DNA from: Phycisphaerae bacterium
Lineage (GTDB): Bacteria > Planctomycetota > Phycisphaerae > UBA1845
Assembly: GCA_028289375.1 (NCBI GenBank)
Contig: JANQQK010000086.1
Location: forward strand, 41,679-105,678
Direction: 5' to 3'
DNA: 64,000 nt
Of the stretch, positions 30,015-39,176 are shown piece after piece. The position numbers were made by a program, and so were the translations under genes. The notes under the pieces are model-generated. The model worked only from the letters and a program-made list of their open reading frames with translations, was not told the origin of the DNA and did not search any database. Numbering within the stretch: position 1 is the stretch's first letter; each line of letters begins with the position of its first letter.

Positions 30015-31541
30015 GTGTCGATCGGCAGCTTCCCATCCATTTCGAGTGCGACGTTCGGTTCCGCATCCGCATTTCCCGGTTTGCTGGGTGGCGGCGGGTC
30101 CGGTAACGGTTTCGGCGCGCAGCCAGCCTTCGTGCTGGGCGGATCAACCACCAACTTTGCGTCCGGTATCTACAGCAATCTCGGCGGTGCGTTGGGAATC
30201 ACGCAGCCCAACGTCCAGGCGGGCGGCGTTGCGGCAGAAAGACGTGCCGAAGAGCGTCGATCGACGATCAACCAAGCCGCTGCGCTGATCGACGCGGGCA
30301 ACACCGCAGCCGGTCGCCGAGTCGCTGAACGAATGCTCGATGAGCGTGGTGACGACGTGACGGCCATTCGGCTCGTGGGGTTGTCCTATCTGGCAGAGCA
30401 GGATTATGTGCAGGCAGAGCGGTTCTTTGCACGGGCCGCCGGCCTGAGGCCTGGCGATGCCGAATTACGGGCCGACGCGGACACAGCGCGAATTCTGCAG
30501 CAGAGCGACGACGAGGTGCTTGAGCAAGGGCGCAGGCGTCTCGATAACCCGGGGCAACGGGTTGAGGGCATCCGGATGCTGCTGCGGCTATCGGACCGAA
30601 GTCCGGACAATGCCGAAGTTTACCTGGCGCTCGCCGACGGATTCGAGAAAGCACGTCAGCCGGTGCAGGTTGTCGGTGCGTTGCAGGAAGCCCTCTCGTT
30701 GGCGGACGGGGCGAGTCTTGACGGCGTCGTTGACCGGGCGGAGAGGCTGGTCGCGTCGGAGCCGACATTGGGCATTGGTCACAACATTCTGGGGCGGGCG
30801 CTGCTGAAGTCTGGAAGGGTCGACGAGGCCATCTCGCGACTCCGGACAGCCTCGACCGTTGCTCCGAACAACCTTGCTTACCGAACCGATTTGGCGAAGG
30901 GTTTCTTTGCCCGGGCGGAGGCGTTCCTGGATCGCGGCAGTGTGTTGTCGGCACAGGGAAGCCTCGAAGCGGGCCGATCCATCGATGCAAGCAGCGCCGA
31001 GGCGCGACTGCTTGAGGGCAGGATTGCCGCGAAGAAAGGTGCCCAGTTGCTCAACGCAGGATTGGCCACGCAGGCGTTGGCGGAGTTGAACAAGGCCAAG
31101 CTGCGTGGCCCAGCCGACGAGGCGTTTCGCGGGGAGCTTTCGGCGTCGTTCGCGCGGGCGGCGCGACGGTTTGAGTTGGACGACTCTCGGGCGTTGGCAC
31201 TTTCGACCTATCGGAAAGCCTACGACCTGAACGAGGGTTCGCTGTTTGCGCGTCGCAAGGTAGCCGAGTTGAGCTACGCGGAAGGTCTCGACGCCCTGGA
31301 CAACGGCAACCTTGATAGTGCGGTCGAACATTTGGATCGCGCATACAGTCTTCGGCGTGGCGACGACACGTACCGCACACAACTTTCTTCTGCGCTCGTG
31401 CAGCGCGGCAGCGACTCGCTGGAGAACGGCGACATCGAAGGGGCCATCGAGGATTTTGAGCGGGCCTTCGGGTTGGACCCAAACAACCTTGAAGCCGATC
31501 AGCAACTGTCGGCTGCTTTGGCTCAACTGGCGGCGGCCTGA
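30015..31541 (+). CDS. TPR repeat protein with Ser/Gly-rich N-terminus
   Basis: Repeated TPR-like helices (GRVDEAISRLRTA...P.N, GDIEGAIEDFERAFGLDPNN); start uncertain (GTG 30015). Confidence 0.8.
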   Translation: MSIGSFPSISSATFGSASAFPGLLGGGGSGNGFGAQPAFVLGGSTTNFASGIYSNLGGALGITQPNVQAGGVAAERRAEERRSTINQAAALIDAGNTAAGRRVAERMLDERGDDVTAIRLVGLSYLAEQDYVQAERFFARAAGLRPGDAELRADADTARILQQSDDEVLEQGRRRLDNPGQRVEGIRMLLRLSDRSPDNAEVYLALADGFEKARQPVQVVGALQEALSLADGASLDGVVDRAERLVASEPTLGIGHNILGRALLKSGRVDEAISRLRTASTVAPNNLAYRTDLAKGFFARAEAFLDRGSVLSAQGSLEAGRSIDASSAEARLLEGRIAAKKGAQLLNAGLATQALAELNKAKLRGPADEAFRGELSASFARAARRFELDDSRALALSTYRKAYDLNEGSLFARRKVAELSYAEGLDALDNGNLDSAVEHLDRAYSLRRGDDTYRTQLSSALVQRGSDSLENGDIEGAIEDFERAFGLDPNNLEADQQLSAALAQLAAA

Positions 31542-31571
31542 TGTCGGGAACGCATCCCGCGGCGTTCCGGC

Positions 31572-31618
31572 AAAGAAAAAGACCCGATTCCTGACGGAAC
31601 CGGGTCTTTCGTTTTTCT
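31572..31618. terminator. Bidirectional intrinsic terminator
   Basis: A run, stem AAAGACCCGATTCC / GGAACCGGGTCTTT, T run; lies between convergent genes. Confidence 0.82.
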
Positions 31619-31635
31619 GTTTCGGTTACGCTCGC

Positions 31636-32628
31636 TTAGAACGCAATCGACCACTGGATGTTGGTCGACCAGCGAGGTCCTTCCTCGAACCCGCCATCGG
31701 TGTCGTTGTAGCGAATGCCCAGCTGCAGTTGCTGCGTGTCGCTGAAGTGATGAACCCAACCCATCTCGATGCCGTTGGTGGTCTTGTTGCCATCGTAACG
31801 GCTGGAGCGGTTCATGTAGTTGATCAAGAGCAGATCCTGATCGCTCAGTGCGAAATCCATACCGAGGCCGACGCCCCACTGGAAGTCACGACGGTCACCG
31901 ATGCTGATCTGGTTGTAGTCACCCTTCGAGCCGTTGGCCGTCATGAGGAAACCAGTCAGGTGACCACGAATGCCGTCCCAGAGCGTCTTGGTCAGGTTGA
32001 AGTGGAGGGTGGCGTCGAACTTCTCAGAGTTCTCACCCGACGGAATGCGGATCTCGGACCACATGGCGAAAGCCGGTGCGAGGCCCTGCTCCTCGAACAA
32101 ACGCCAGAACATTTTGAAGTTCAGCTCACCAAGGCCATCCTTGGCATTGTCATCATCTTCGAAGAGGCCGGTGTTGTCGTTGAAGTCCTCAACGCCTTCG
32201 ATGCGCGAGCCGTCGCCGAAGTTGATCGGCATGACCTGCAGCTCGATGTTGAAGTCGTCGGTGATACCGTACTTGATGCTCGGGGTGAGGGTGATGTTGT
32301 CGTCGTTGCCATCACCAGACTTCCAGATGTCCCAGCCGAGGGCCAACTCGAACTGCCACTGACCGGCACCGACGTTTGGATTCGCTTCACGAACCTGGAA
32401 GATGTCATCGACACCGCGATAGCCATCAACCACGACATCACGCTGATAGGACTCGAGGACAGGCAGCTCGATTTGGGTCTTGCCCCACTTGAAATCGATC
32501 ATCTGGGCCGATCCGGAGTCCGACTTGCTCATTTCGCCATTGCCGTCGCCATTCTCCTGGGCGAAAGCGACTTGGCACGACAGAACCAACGTACAGGCAA
32601 TACTCATGCGCCAAAACTTCGACAACAT
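31636..32628 (-). CDS. Outer-membrane beta-barrel (transporter/porin-like)
   Basis: Signal peptide ending AFA-Q, alternating amphipathic strands, C-terminal WSIAF; SD GGAGG before ATG 32628. Confidence 0.75.
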   Translation of the reverse strand: MLSKFWRMSIACTLVLSCQVAFAQENGDGNGEMSKSDSGSAQMIDFKWGKTQIELPVLESYQRDVVVDGYRGVDDIFQVREANPNVGAGQWQFELALGWDIWKSGDGNDDNITLTPSIKYGITDDFNIELQVMPINFGDGSRIEGVEDFNDNTGLFEDDDNAKDGLGELNFKMFWRLFEEQGLAPAFAMWSEIRIPSGENSEKFDATLHFNLTKTLWDGIRGHLTGFLMTANGSKGDYNQISIGDRRDFQWGVGLGMDFALSDQDLLLINYMNRSSRYDGNKTTNGIEMGWVHHFSDTQQLQLGIRYNDTDGGFEEGPRWSTNIQWSIAF

Positions 32629-32939
32629 GTTCCATTTCCTCCAACACATCAGAATTTCGTTGTGGGGCGTCGCCCGCGCCGGCTCGCCCCGTATTGACCG
32701 CTTTGCACCCGTATGCTGAGCGCTGGGGGGTATATCGTCAACCCAATTCACATTCCGCCACCAACTTTTTCACTCTTTCTTTGCCTGTAAGGGCGGTTTT
32801 CGGCTCGATTATCGGTCATTGCGACCTCGGTACGTCCAGCCGAGCGACTCCGTGCCTCTTGGCAACACCAGAATATAGGTTATCTGGGAATCGAGAGGCG
32901 TTTGGGCAAGCAGGAATGGCCTTGTCCTCGTTGATCCGG

Positions 32940-35381
32940 TCACGGATTGTCCGACCGAGGGTCGGCGTCGTGTTTTGCAATCGCATCGTGGATGGCTTGG
33001 TCTCGGGCGTTGATCGCCAAGGCCAGCTTGCGGGCGAAATCCTGAGCGTCGATCTCCCAGGGCGGTGATTCCCTCGGGGTCTTTTCGAGCATGGCTAACA
33101 AGCTGCGGTACCGGATCGCGTCACGCAGAGCCGCATAATGAGGTGCCTCGTACACGACGAACGGCTTGTCGTCGGTATTGAGCGCCGCCCCTTCGACGTA
33201 TTTGGCGAGACCAGCGGGGCCTGTGATCAACAAGCCCTGTAGTTTCGCGTCGGAATCAAGACCAATGTTGTCCAGAGCTTCGCGCAACGCCGACATCGTC
33301 ACGCGTCGGGCGTGGTACCCATTGCCGTAGGTCGGCCACTCGTCGCGGACGCCGACCAAACCCACCACCGGGTTGTTCAGTTCAACATCGTGCATGATGG
33401 CGCGGCTGTCTGGAAACACTTCGAGGTACGTGCGAATGATCGCGCGCGTCGTCGGCTCGTCCAGCTGGTACATGGGCAACCACTGGACAAAGAGGCCGCC
33501 GGGCGAGAGTCGATCGTGGATCGCACGAAAGTGTTCCAGGGTGTAGAGCATTCCTCCTCCATCGCGGGCGGGGTGAAACAAGTCGGCAGTAATCACGTCG
33601 TAAGATTGATCGGTGGCGCGCACGTAGCGCCGTGCGTCGGCAGCGCGGACATTTACATTTGGAGCATCCGCCAGTGATCGGCCTTGGACTTCGAAAAACG
33701 GTAGCGCCGCCACAACTTCGGGGACCAATTCGACGGCGTCTGCCTGAAGGCCTGAGTGGTGGGTGGCGGCGAGGGCGGTGATGCCCGTGCCGACCCCCAA
33801 ATAGAGCGCCCGGCGGGGTTCTGGGTGAAGCAATAGCGGAATATGGCCCAAGCGCTGTTCCGTGCGAACCGTCCGCGGACTCGTGCCGCCCATCCGATAG
33901 CGGTTGTTCACGCGGAGAGAGTGGCCGTATTCGTCCTCGGTGACAGCGACAGATGCCATAACACCCTCGCGGTAATGAATGACCCGTTCCCGCTTCGAGA
34001 TGCGGGTAAGACGGAGGTCCGACGGAAGCAGGAGGAACGCCACAACGGGAATCAAGAACAGCCAGCTGATCTTTCGTGGATGGGCGATCAACGTCAGGTA
34101 CCCAAACGAGACCGTAACGAGTGTCCAGCAGGTGCCGAGGATCGGAACAAGAACCACGCCGAACAGGAGTGGTGCAAGGAATCCCCCAGCAGTATTGACC
34201 GCCACGGCAGCACCGACGCCTCCGTGGCGCCCCTTTGCCGCTTGGGCAAGGTGGCTGAACATCGCCCCCATGAGCAGCGTCGGCAGGCCAAACACTGCCG
34301 CTGCGACCGTCATCTCGCTGATTGCTACCCCGGCCAATCCGTCGCCCAGTGTCAGCCTGCACGCATGATATATTTCGCGGCTCCAGGCAAGGCCGATACC
34401 GCCGACCATGCCCAGTGTCGCCAATCCGAGCAGCAGGTAACTCAGCAAAGTATCGAACGCGATCCGTCTGCCCCATCGTTGGTAAGCCGCCGCCCCTGCC
34501 GCAGTCCCCAGCAGGAACACCGCAAGCGCGGCAGCGTAGCTATACACCGTGTTTTCAATGACCTGGGCGAGCACCCGCAGCCCGACGATCTCATAGCCAA
34601 TGCCAAGCAGACCGGTCACGCCGAGCATGAGCAGCAGGTGCGGGCGCGTCCTTGGCGACACTTCAGACGATGTTTCGACGTCGGAAGAATGGGCTGGATC
34701 GGTCGGCGATTCAGTTGAGACACTTTGTCGAAGTAGTGGCAGCATCATTGCCGCGCACAGCAGGTCGATCCCCGCGAGCACCATTACCGTGGTTCGGTAA
34801 CCGAGCACGGGTGCCAACACGAACGCCCCGATCAAAGTGCCGATGACCGCACCGAGCGTATTGACCGCGTACAACCCGCCGAGGCATCTTCCGTCGCGCG
34901 CGAATGGCGCTGCGAACCGTTCCATCGCCGGCAACGTGGCTCCCATCGCCGCCGTGGCGGGCAGCAGCACCACAAGAGGAAATCCAAGCGAGACAAGCCA
35001 CTGCCAGAGTGGACCTGGCTGTTCCCCCATCAGACGCAATGCCAACCCATTGGCAGGCGTCACAAGCCACACACAAGCCAGCCCCCAGAGGCCTATGATC
35101 AGCTCCAGCCCGACGTACCAATGTCCCGGTCGCGCGCTGTCGGCGATTGGCCGATCCAGGGCCCACGCCCCCAATGCCAACCCCCCGAAGAACGCTCCGA
35201 CGACGGCGAGTGCCGCCGGCAATTCGTGGCCCAGCCCCACGGCAAACATTCGCACGAATGCTGTCTGGTAACCGAGTCCCGCCACGCCTGACAGCAGGAA
35301 GATCGCATAGAGGCACGCAATCTGTCGTCGACGATGCAACCGATCCGGCATTGGTGCGAACGTACCCCTGATTGCTTGCAA
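32940..35381 (-). CDS. Fused multi-TM (MFS-like) / spermidine synthase-like protein
   Basis: SG.AGLGY, MGATLPA, LYAVNTLGA TM repeats; C-terminal LYLGVGTGIT, VELVPEV, DARRY, YDVITADLFHP, QWLP. Confidence 0.9.
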   Translation of the reverse strand: MQAIRGTFAPMPDRLHRRRQIACLYAIFLLSGVAGLGYQTAFVRMFAVGLGHELPAALAVVGAFFGGLALGAWALDRPIADSARPGHWYVGLELIIGLWGLACVWLVTPANGLALRLMGEQPGPLWQWLVSLGFPLVVLLPATAAMGATLPAMERFAAPFARDGRCLGGLYAVNTLGAVIGTLIGAFVLAPVLGYRTTVMVLAGIDLLCAAMMLPLLRQSVSTESPTDPAHSSDVETSSEVSPRTRPHLLLMLGVTGLLGIGYEIVGLRVLAQVIENTVYSYAAALAVFLLGTAAGAAAYQRWGRRIAFDTLLSYLLLGLATLGMVGGIGLAWSREIYHACRLTLGDGLAGVAISEMTVAAAVFGLPTLLMGAMFSHLAQAAKGRHGGVGAAVAVNTAGGFLAPLLFGVVLVPILGTCWTLVTVSFGYLTLIAHPRKISWLFLIPVVAFLLLPSDLRLTRISKRERVIHYREGVMASVAVTEDEYGHSLRVNNRYRMGGTSPRTVRTEQRLGHIPLLLHPEPRRALYLGVGTGITALAATHHSGLQADAVELVPEVVAALPFFEVQGRSLADAPNVNVRAADARRYVRATDQSYDVITADLFHPARDGGGMLYTLEHFRAIHDRLSPGGLFVQWLPMYQLDEPTTRAIIRTYLEVFPDSRAIMHDVELNNPVVGLVGVRDEWPTYGNGYHARRVTMSALREALDNIGLDSDAKLQGLLITGPAGLAKYVEGAALNTDDKPFVVYEAPHYAALRDAIRYRSLLAMLEKTPRESPPWEIDAQDFARKLALAINARDQAIHDAIAKHDADPRSDNP

Positions 35382-35429
35382 TTGGCTGGGGCTTGGGTGC
35401 TCTACGCGTGGATCACTTCGGCAGCCTGG

Positions 35430-36092
35430 TCAAAGGGCGCATGGCGCAAGCGCGCTACCACGACGACTGAGCAGGATCGCCCCGCCGAGCATTCCGAAGG
35501 CCATGGCCAGCATCCCCCATTCTGATACGGTTGGGACGATGGCTTCGCCCGCCTCCTGATTGGTGAAACGCATCTCAAATGGGGCGGATTCTGTGTATCC
35601 GGTCGACCCCGAATCGACGAATTTGAAGGTGGCCAACCACTCGGTGGCCGATGGGTTGAAATCCGGATCATTCGAATCGGCGTGCCAGGTCAGGTGTTCG
35701 TGCAGATTGTCACTGCCAAGCGTTATCTGCTCGCCGGACTCATCGATTAGCGTCGCAAGCCCAGGTCCCCATGCCTTGAAGGCCGGGTCGATCGAGATCA
35801 CTTCGATCGAGATAATGGCGCCGGGCTCAAGTTTCAGAAAATCATTCTCCGGGTCGTCGATAACTTCCTCGGCATCGAAACCCGGGTTACCGTTCGTGAA
35901 TCCATCAAGGATTCCGTCAACGGGGCACAGCAGAACCGAATCACCGAGCGAAAATTCGGCATCGCCGATGACGAGTTGGCCAGCGGCTGTCCGTCCGATC
36001 AGCACATCGCTGTGCTCGCCGCATTGGGCGAGGACGGAGGGTACGAAACTGGCAGTTAAGATGATCGCAAAGCACGCATTTCTCAATCGCAT
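35430..36092 (-). CDS. Secreted His-motif protein with IPTL-CTERM-like sorting signal (paralog A)
   Basis: Signal peptide; EHSD, PVD, NPGF, IDP, LHEHLTW; tail IVPTVSEWGM-TM-RR. Confidence 0.8.
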   Translation of the reverse strand: MRLRNACFAIILTASFVPSVLAQCGEHSDVLIGRTAAGQLVIGDAEFSLGDSVLLCPVDGILDGFTNGNPGFDAEEVIDDPENDFLKLEPGAIISIEVISIDPAFKAWGPGLATLIDESGEQITLGSDNLHEHLTWHADSNDPDFNPSATEWLATFKFVDSGSTGYTESAPFEMRFTNQEAGEAIVPTVSEWGMLAMAFGMLGGAILLSRRGSALAPCAL

Positions 36093-36195
36093 CGTGTCTT
36101 CTCCCAGGGTTGAAATGGATTGCCAGGAACCGAACGAAGCGGAGATGGGCGATCACCCATCTCCGCTCGTCGCAGTCTTCTTTCCCGTCCGTTGG

Positions 36196-37080
36196 CTATG
36201 CCTTGACGCGTCTGTTGCCAGCGATCATGAGACCAGCCACCAGCAGAACGCACAGGAGCATCATGCCGCTGGTTGAAACCGTCGGGACGGGCTCAACCTC
36301 TGCAGCGGCACAGGTGCTTGGTGTACAGGGCACGTTTTCGCCCATGAAGACACCGCCCTCGTCGGCGCAGTGGTCTTCGTGCTCAAATTCGCACTCGCCA
36401 TCCGGCAGACAGCAGGCGCCGGGGACCTCGCATGCATCAGCCGAGCAGGTCGATCCTTCGCCGAGGAATTCGCCACCCTCGTCTTCACACGCTTCCTCGA
36501 ACTCACCATCCTCGCACTCCCCGTCCGGGAGGCAGCAGGCGCCAGGCTCGGCACACACGACGGTCGCGGTCAAATCTCCCGTCGGATCGCACGTGCCACT
36601 TGGGTCGAAGAGGCGGAACGTGAAACTATAGGTTCCGTCCGGATCCCACGCTGCATCCATCGAGTCGATATGCCACGTCGGGTGGACATCGAACGGGACG
36701 GTACCGATCACGAAGGTCTCGCCGGGCGTGTCGATCGTGTCGCCAAAACCGGGTGTGTAAATCACAAGCCCGGGATCGATGGAAACGAGCTCGAACGCGA
36801 TCTCGGTTCCGTTCGGCAGCATAAACAAGCCCTCATCCGGCTCATCCTCGTCAAGCGTCATGAACCCGGGATCGTCCAAAGCGCAACCGAACAGCAACGG
36901 TCCATCGACCGGCGGCACTTCGAACGCGTCATCAAAGTCAAACTCCACTGCGATTTGGTTCGTCGCCGTCTTTCCCACCTCCAGATCCGCATGTCCGTGC
37001 TCGTCGTCGTGGTCATGCTGACCAAACGCAGCCGGATGGCAGAGTGCAATGAGCACCCCAGTCACAAAAACAGTACGCAT
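36196..37080 (-). CDS. Secreted His-rich protein with Cys repeats and IPTL-CTERM-like signal (paralog B)
   Basis: QHDHDDEHGHAD, PVD, DPGF, IDP, FDVHPTW; two GACCLPDGEC...EGG.F.G repeats; tail VPTVSTSGM-TM-RR. Confidence 0.8.
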   Translation of the reverse strand: MRTVFVTGVLIALCHPAAFGQHDHDDEHGHADLEVGKTATNQIAVEFDFDDAFEVPPVDGPLLFGCALDDPGFMTLDEDEPDEGLFMLPNGTEIAFELVSIDPGLVIYTPGFGDTIDTPGETFVIGTVPFDVHPTWHIDSMDAAWDPDGTYSFTFRLFDPSGTCDPTGDLTATVVCAEPGACCLPDGECEDGEFEEACEDEGGEFLGEGSTCSADACEVPGACCLPDGECEFEHEDHCADEGGVFMGENVPCTPSTCAAAEVEPVPTVSTSGMMLLCVLLVAGLMIAGNRRVKA

Positions 37081-37103
37081 GTCGCTTCCTCCTAAGTACG
37101 CGA

Positions 37104-37913
37104 TTATTCCGAACCTCCGAATTGCACCTGCAAATCGGCGAAGTCCAAGAGATCAACATCAAGGTCGTCGTCGAAGTCGAATGCGTTGTGGCATTCGACT
37201 TCGCAATCGGTAATGGCGGGATCGTCCGGCATTGGACGCACGTCCGGCCCCGCATAGCAATGAGCAAACGCTTGAAAATCCGTCAGATCGACGGTGCCAT
37301 CGGTATCGAAGTCGCCGTTGGCGGGTATGTCGGCAGGTGGAAAGACCCCACCACGAACGGGAACATTGGCAAAGAGCAACGTAAACGCCCCCGAGTCGTC
37401 CAGGTTGCCGGTGAGATCGACGAAGTTGAAGGTGGTTTCCCAGACACATTTGGTCTCATCAAACAGTGGATCCTCCTCGTCGACGAACCACGTAATGTGT
37501 TCGTGCAGATTGGAGCCACCAAGGACGGTCCTGTCGCCGGGTTCCGTTAGGAGCTGGAAACTGTTGTCGATCACAACGAATGCGGGGTCGACCTCGACAA
37601 TCTCCAACGCAACTTGCACGACCGGCGGGAGAGGCGTGACGCCGTCCACTGTCGTGACGACATGGTCGAAACCGGGGTCGTTGTCAGACCAGCCCTGGAT
37701 AAACGTATCAACTGGACCCAAAGGGTGATAAACGGACTCGGGCTGCAAACCGACTGGATGCCACGCGACGCGACCCTCCTTCTGACCGATCCACATGTCG
37801 GCGTCGTGCTGTGCTGAAGCGATCTCCGGGCGACTGAGCATCATCACCAACACAGCCATCGAGAAACCGATGAACACTCGGCAGCGCGTGTCAACGTGCG
37901 ATTTCAGGGTCAT
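37104..37913 (-). CDS. Secreted His-motif protein with dockerin/EF-hand-like tail (paralog C)
   Basis: QHDAD, PVD, DPGF, VDP, LHEHITW; tail GDFDTDGTVDLTDF...DFDDDLDVDLLDF; SD GGAGG before ATG 37913. Confidence 0.78.
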   Translation of the reverse strand: MTLKSHVDTRCRVFIGFSMAVLVMMLSRPEIASAQHDADMWIGQKEGRVAWHPVGLQPESVYHPLGPVDTFIQGWSDNDPGFDHVVTTVDGVTPLPPVVQVALEIVEVDPAFVVIDNSFQLLTEPGDRTVLGGSNLHEHITWFVDEEDPLFDETKCVWETTFNFVDLTGNLDDSGAFTLLFANVPVRGGVFPPADIPANGDFDTDGTVDLTDFQAFAHCYAGPDVRPMPDDPAITDCEVECHNAFDFDDDLDVDLLDFADLQVQFGGSE

Positions 37914-38649
37914 AGCGATTATGCCTCCAGACGATGTTCTGCAGCGAACTGTTTGCCTCATCGATCAGGTATGTTGCTTCGAACACGTGCTTCTCCACGT
38001 GTCCGTCGAAGTAGGAGTAATTCGATGATTCGAGGTGGCGTTCGAGTTCAACTTCCTCACCTGCGAGCCTGCGGGGGTTGGACCACCACGTTTCCGGGTG
38101 TACGTGATCCGACACGGCGAAGGGGCCGACCTCGGCGATTTCGACCATGTGGATGGTGGTGCTGGATCGGCGAATCTTGCTGAGCATGTTGTAGGGGCCG
38201 CGGTTGCCGATCGCGGCGACGGTGTAGTAGTTGGTTCCGTAGCTTGTGCGCCGAAGTCGCGGCTGGTCACCGCCAGTGTTTCCCGGCCCGCTCGCGCCTG
38301 TCGTCGTGGTTGTGCTCGGATTCACGGGCACCTTCCAGTGCGTGCTGCGATCCTGCGGGCAACGTGCGATTCGCTCGTCACGTCCGTAGAAATCCTTCAG
38401 TGTGTTGATCCAGGCAGCGTGCTCGTTGCCAACGCCGCCGTGCGCCAGTCCGGCCCCGATGATGCGGTCTTCGTTCTCGTTGGCGTAAAGATGGACGGCT
38501 TGCATGAGGCTTCGCATGTTGCTTGCGCAGGCTGTGGTTTTCGCGGCCTTGCGGGCGCGCGAGAATTGTGGAAGAAGAACGCTGACCAGCAATCCAATGA
38601 TTGAGACCACGACCAGTAATTCGATGAGAGTGAATCCTTGCTTGCGCAA
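37891..38649 (-). CDS. Prepilin-type N-terminal cleavage/methylation protein with H-X9-DG motif (DUF1559-like)
   Basis: G|FTLIELLVVVSII, ARKAAK...CASNMR, RCPQD, SDHVH, H-LESSNYSYF-DGHV; TTG 38649 (SD AAGGGGAG) preferred over ATG 38673. Confidence 0.9.
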   Translation of the reverse strand: MRKQGFTLIELLVVVSIIGLLVSVLLPQFSRARKAAKTTACASNMRSLMQAVHLYANENEDRIIGAGLAHGGVGNEHAAWINTLKDFYGRDERIARCPQDRSTHWKVPVNPSTTTTTGASGPGNTGGDQPRLRRTSYGTNYYTVAAIGNRGPYNMLSKIRRSSTTIHMVEIAEVGPFAVSDHVHPETWWSNPRRLAGEEVELERHLESSNYSYFDGHVEKHVFEATYLIDEANSSLQNIVWRHNRYDPEIAR

Positions 38650-38765
38650 AGCAAAACTCCCCTTATTCGGCATTCGCTGAAATCAAATTGGGACGGAGTT
38701 CCGACGCAAGCACAGGGCGTACGTGGATCCCCTCGTGGACGAACGAAAAGGGCTTACGAGTTGGG

Positions 38766-39137
38766 CTAGGCAGTTGGGGGAGCACGCGGAAGTCGGCGGG
38801 CGCTGACTTCGGTTGCCGTGGGGATTTGTGCATCGATCGCATGGGATCGACGTACGGCGGCGCCCTCAATTTCGAGGGTTGGTGTCACCGCAATGGCGGC
38901 ACCTGACCAAGTGCTCAACAAATGGCATGTCTGGCAATCATGATCATGTCCGTCGCGCTCTTCGGGAACGGACTCGGATTGGTGATCATGGCAACTGTGC
39001 TCATGAGCGTGGATATGTGCATGATCAGGCGCACCATGAACCGTCGACACGTGGACAAACTTGGCCACGCCCGGCGCGAGCAACGCAATGGCTGCCAAGC
39101 AGCACAAGCTTGTTGTTTTTTGCAGCGCTCGGTTCAT
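38766..39137 (-). CDS. DUF2946-like His-rich leader protein with CxxC and C-terminal RAPP
   Basis: N-terminal hydrophobic segment, HAHIHAHEHSCHDH, HDHDCQTCH, terminal RLPRAPPTA*. Confidence 0.8.
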   Translation of the reverse strand: MNRALQKTTSLCCLAAIALLAPGVAKFVHVSTVHGAPDHAHIHAHEHSCHDHQSESVPEERDGHDHDCQTCHLLSTWSGAAIAVTPTLEIEGAAVRRSHAIDAQIPTATEVSARRLPRAPPTA

Positions 39138-39147
39138 ACGTGGGAGG

Positions 39148-39176
39148 ATTTTAACGATTGGCGAAAGTGAATGCAA
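39148..39176 (-). promoter_or_regulatory. Sigma70-type promoter of the RAPP-leader operon
   Basis: Minus strand TTGCAT-N17-TAAAAT, ending 10 nt before ATG 39137 (near-leaderless transcript). Confidence 0.65.
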
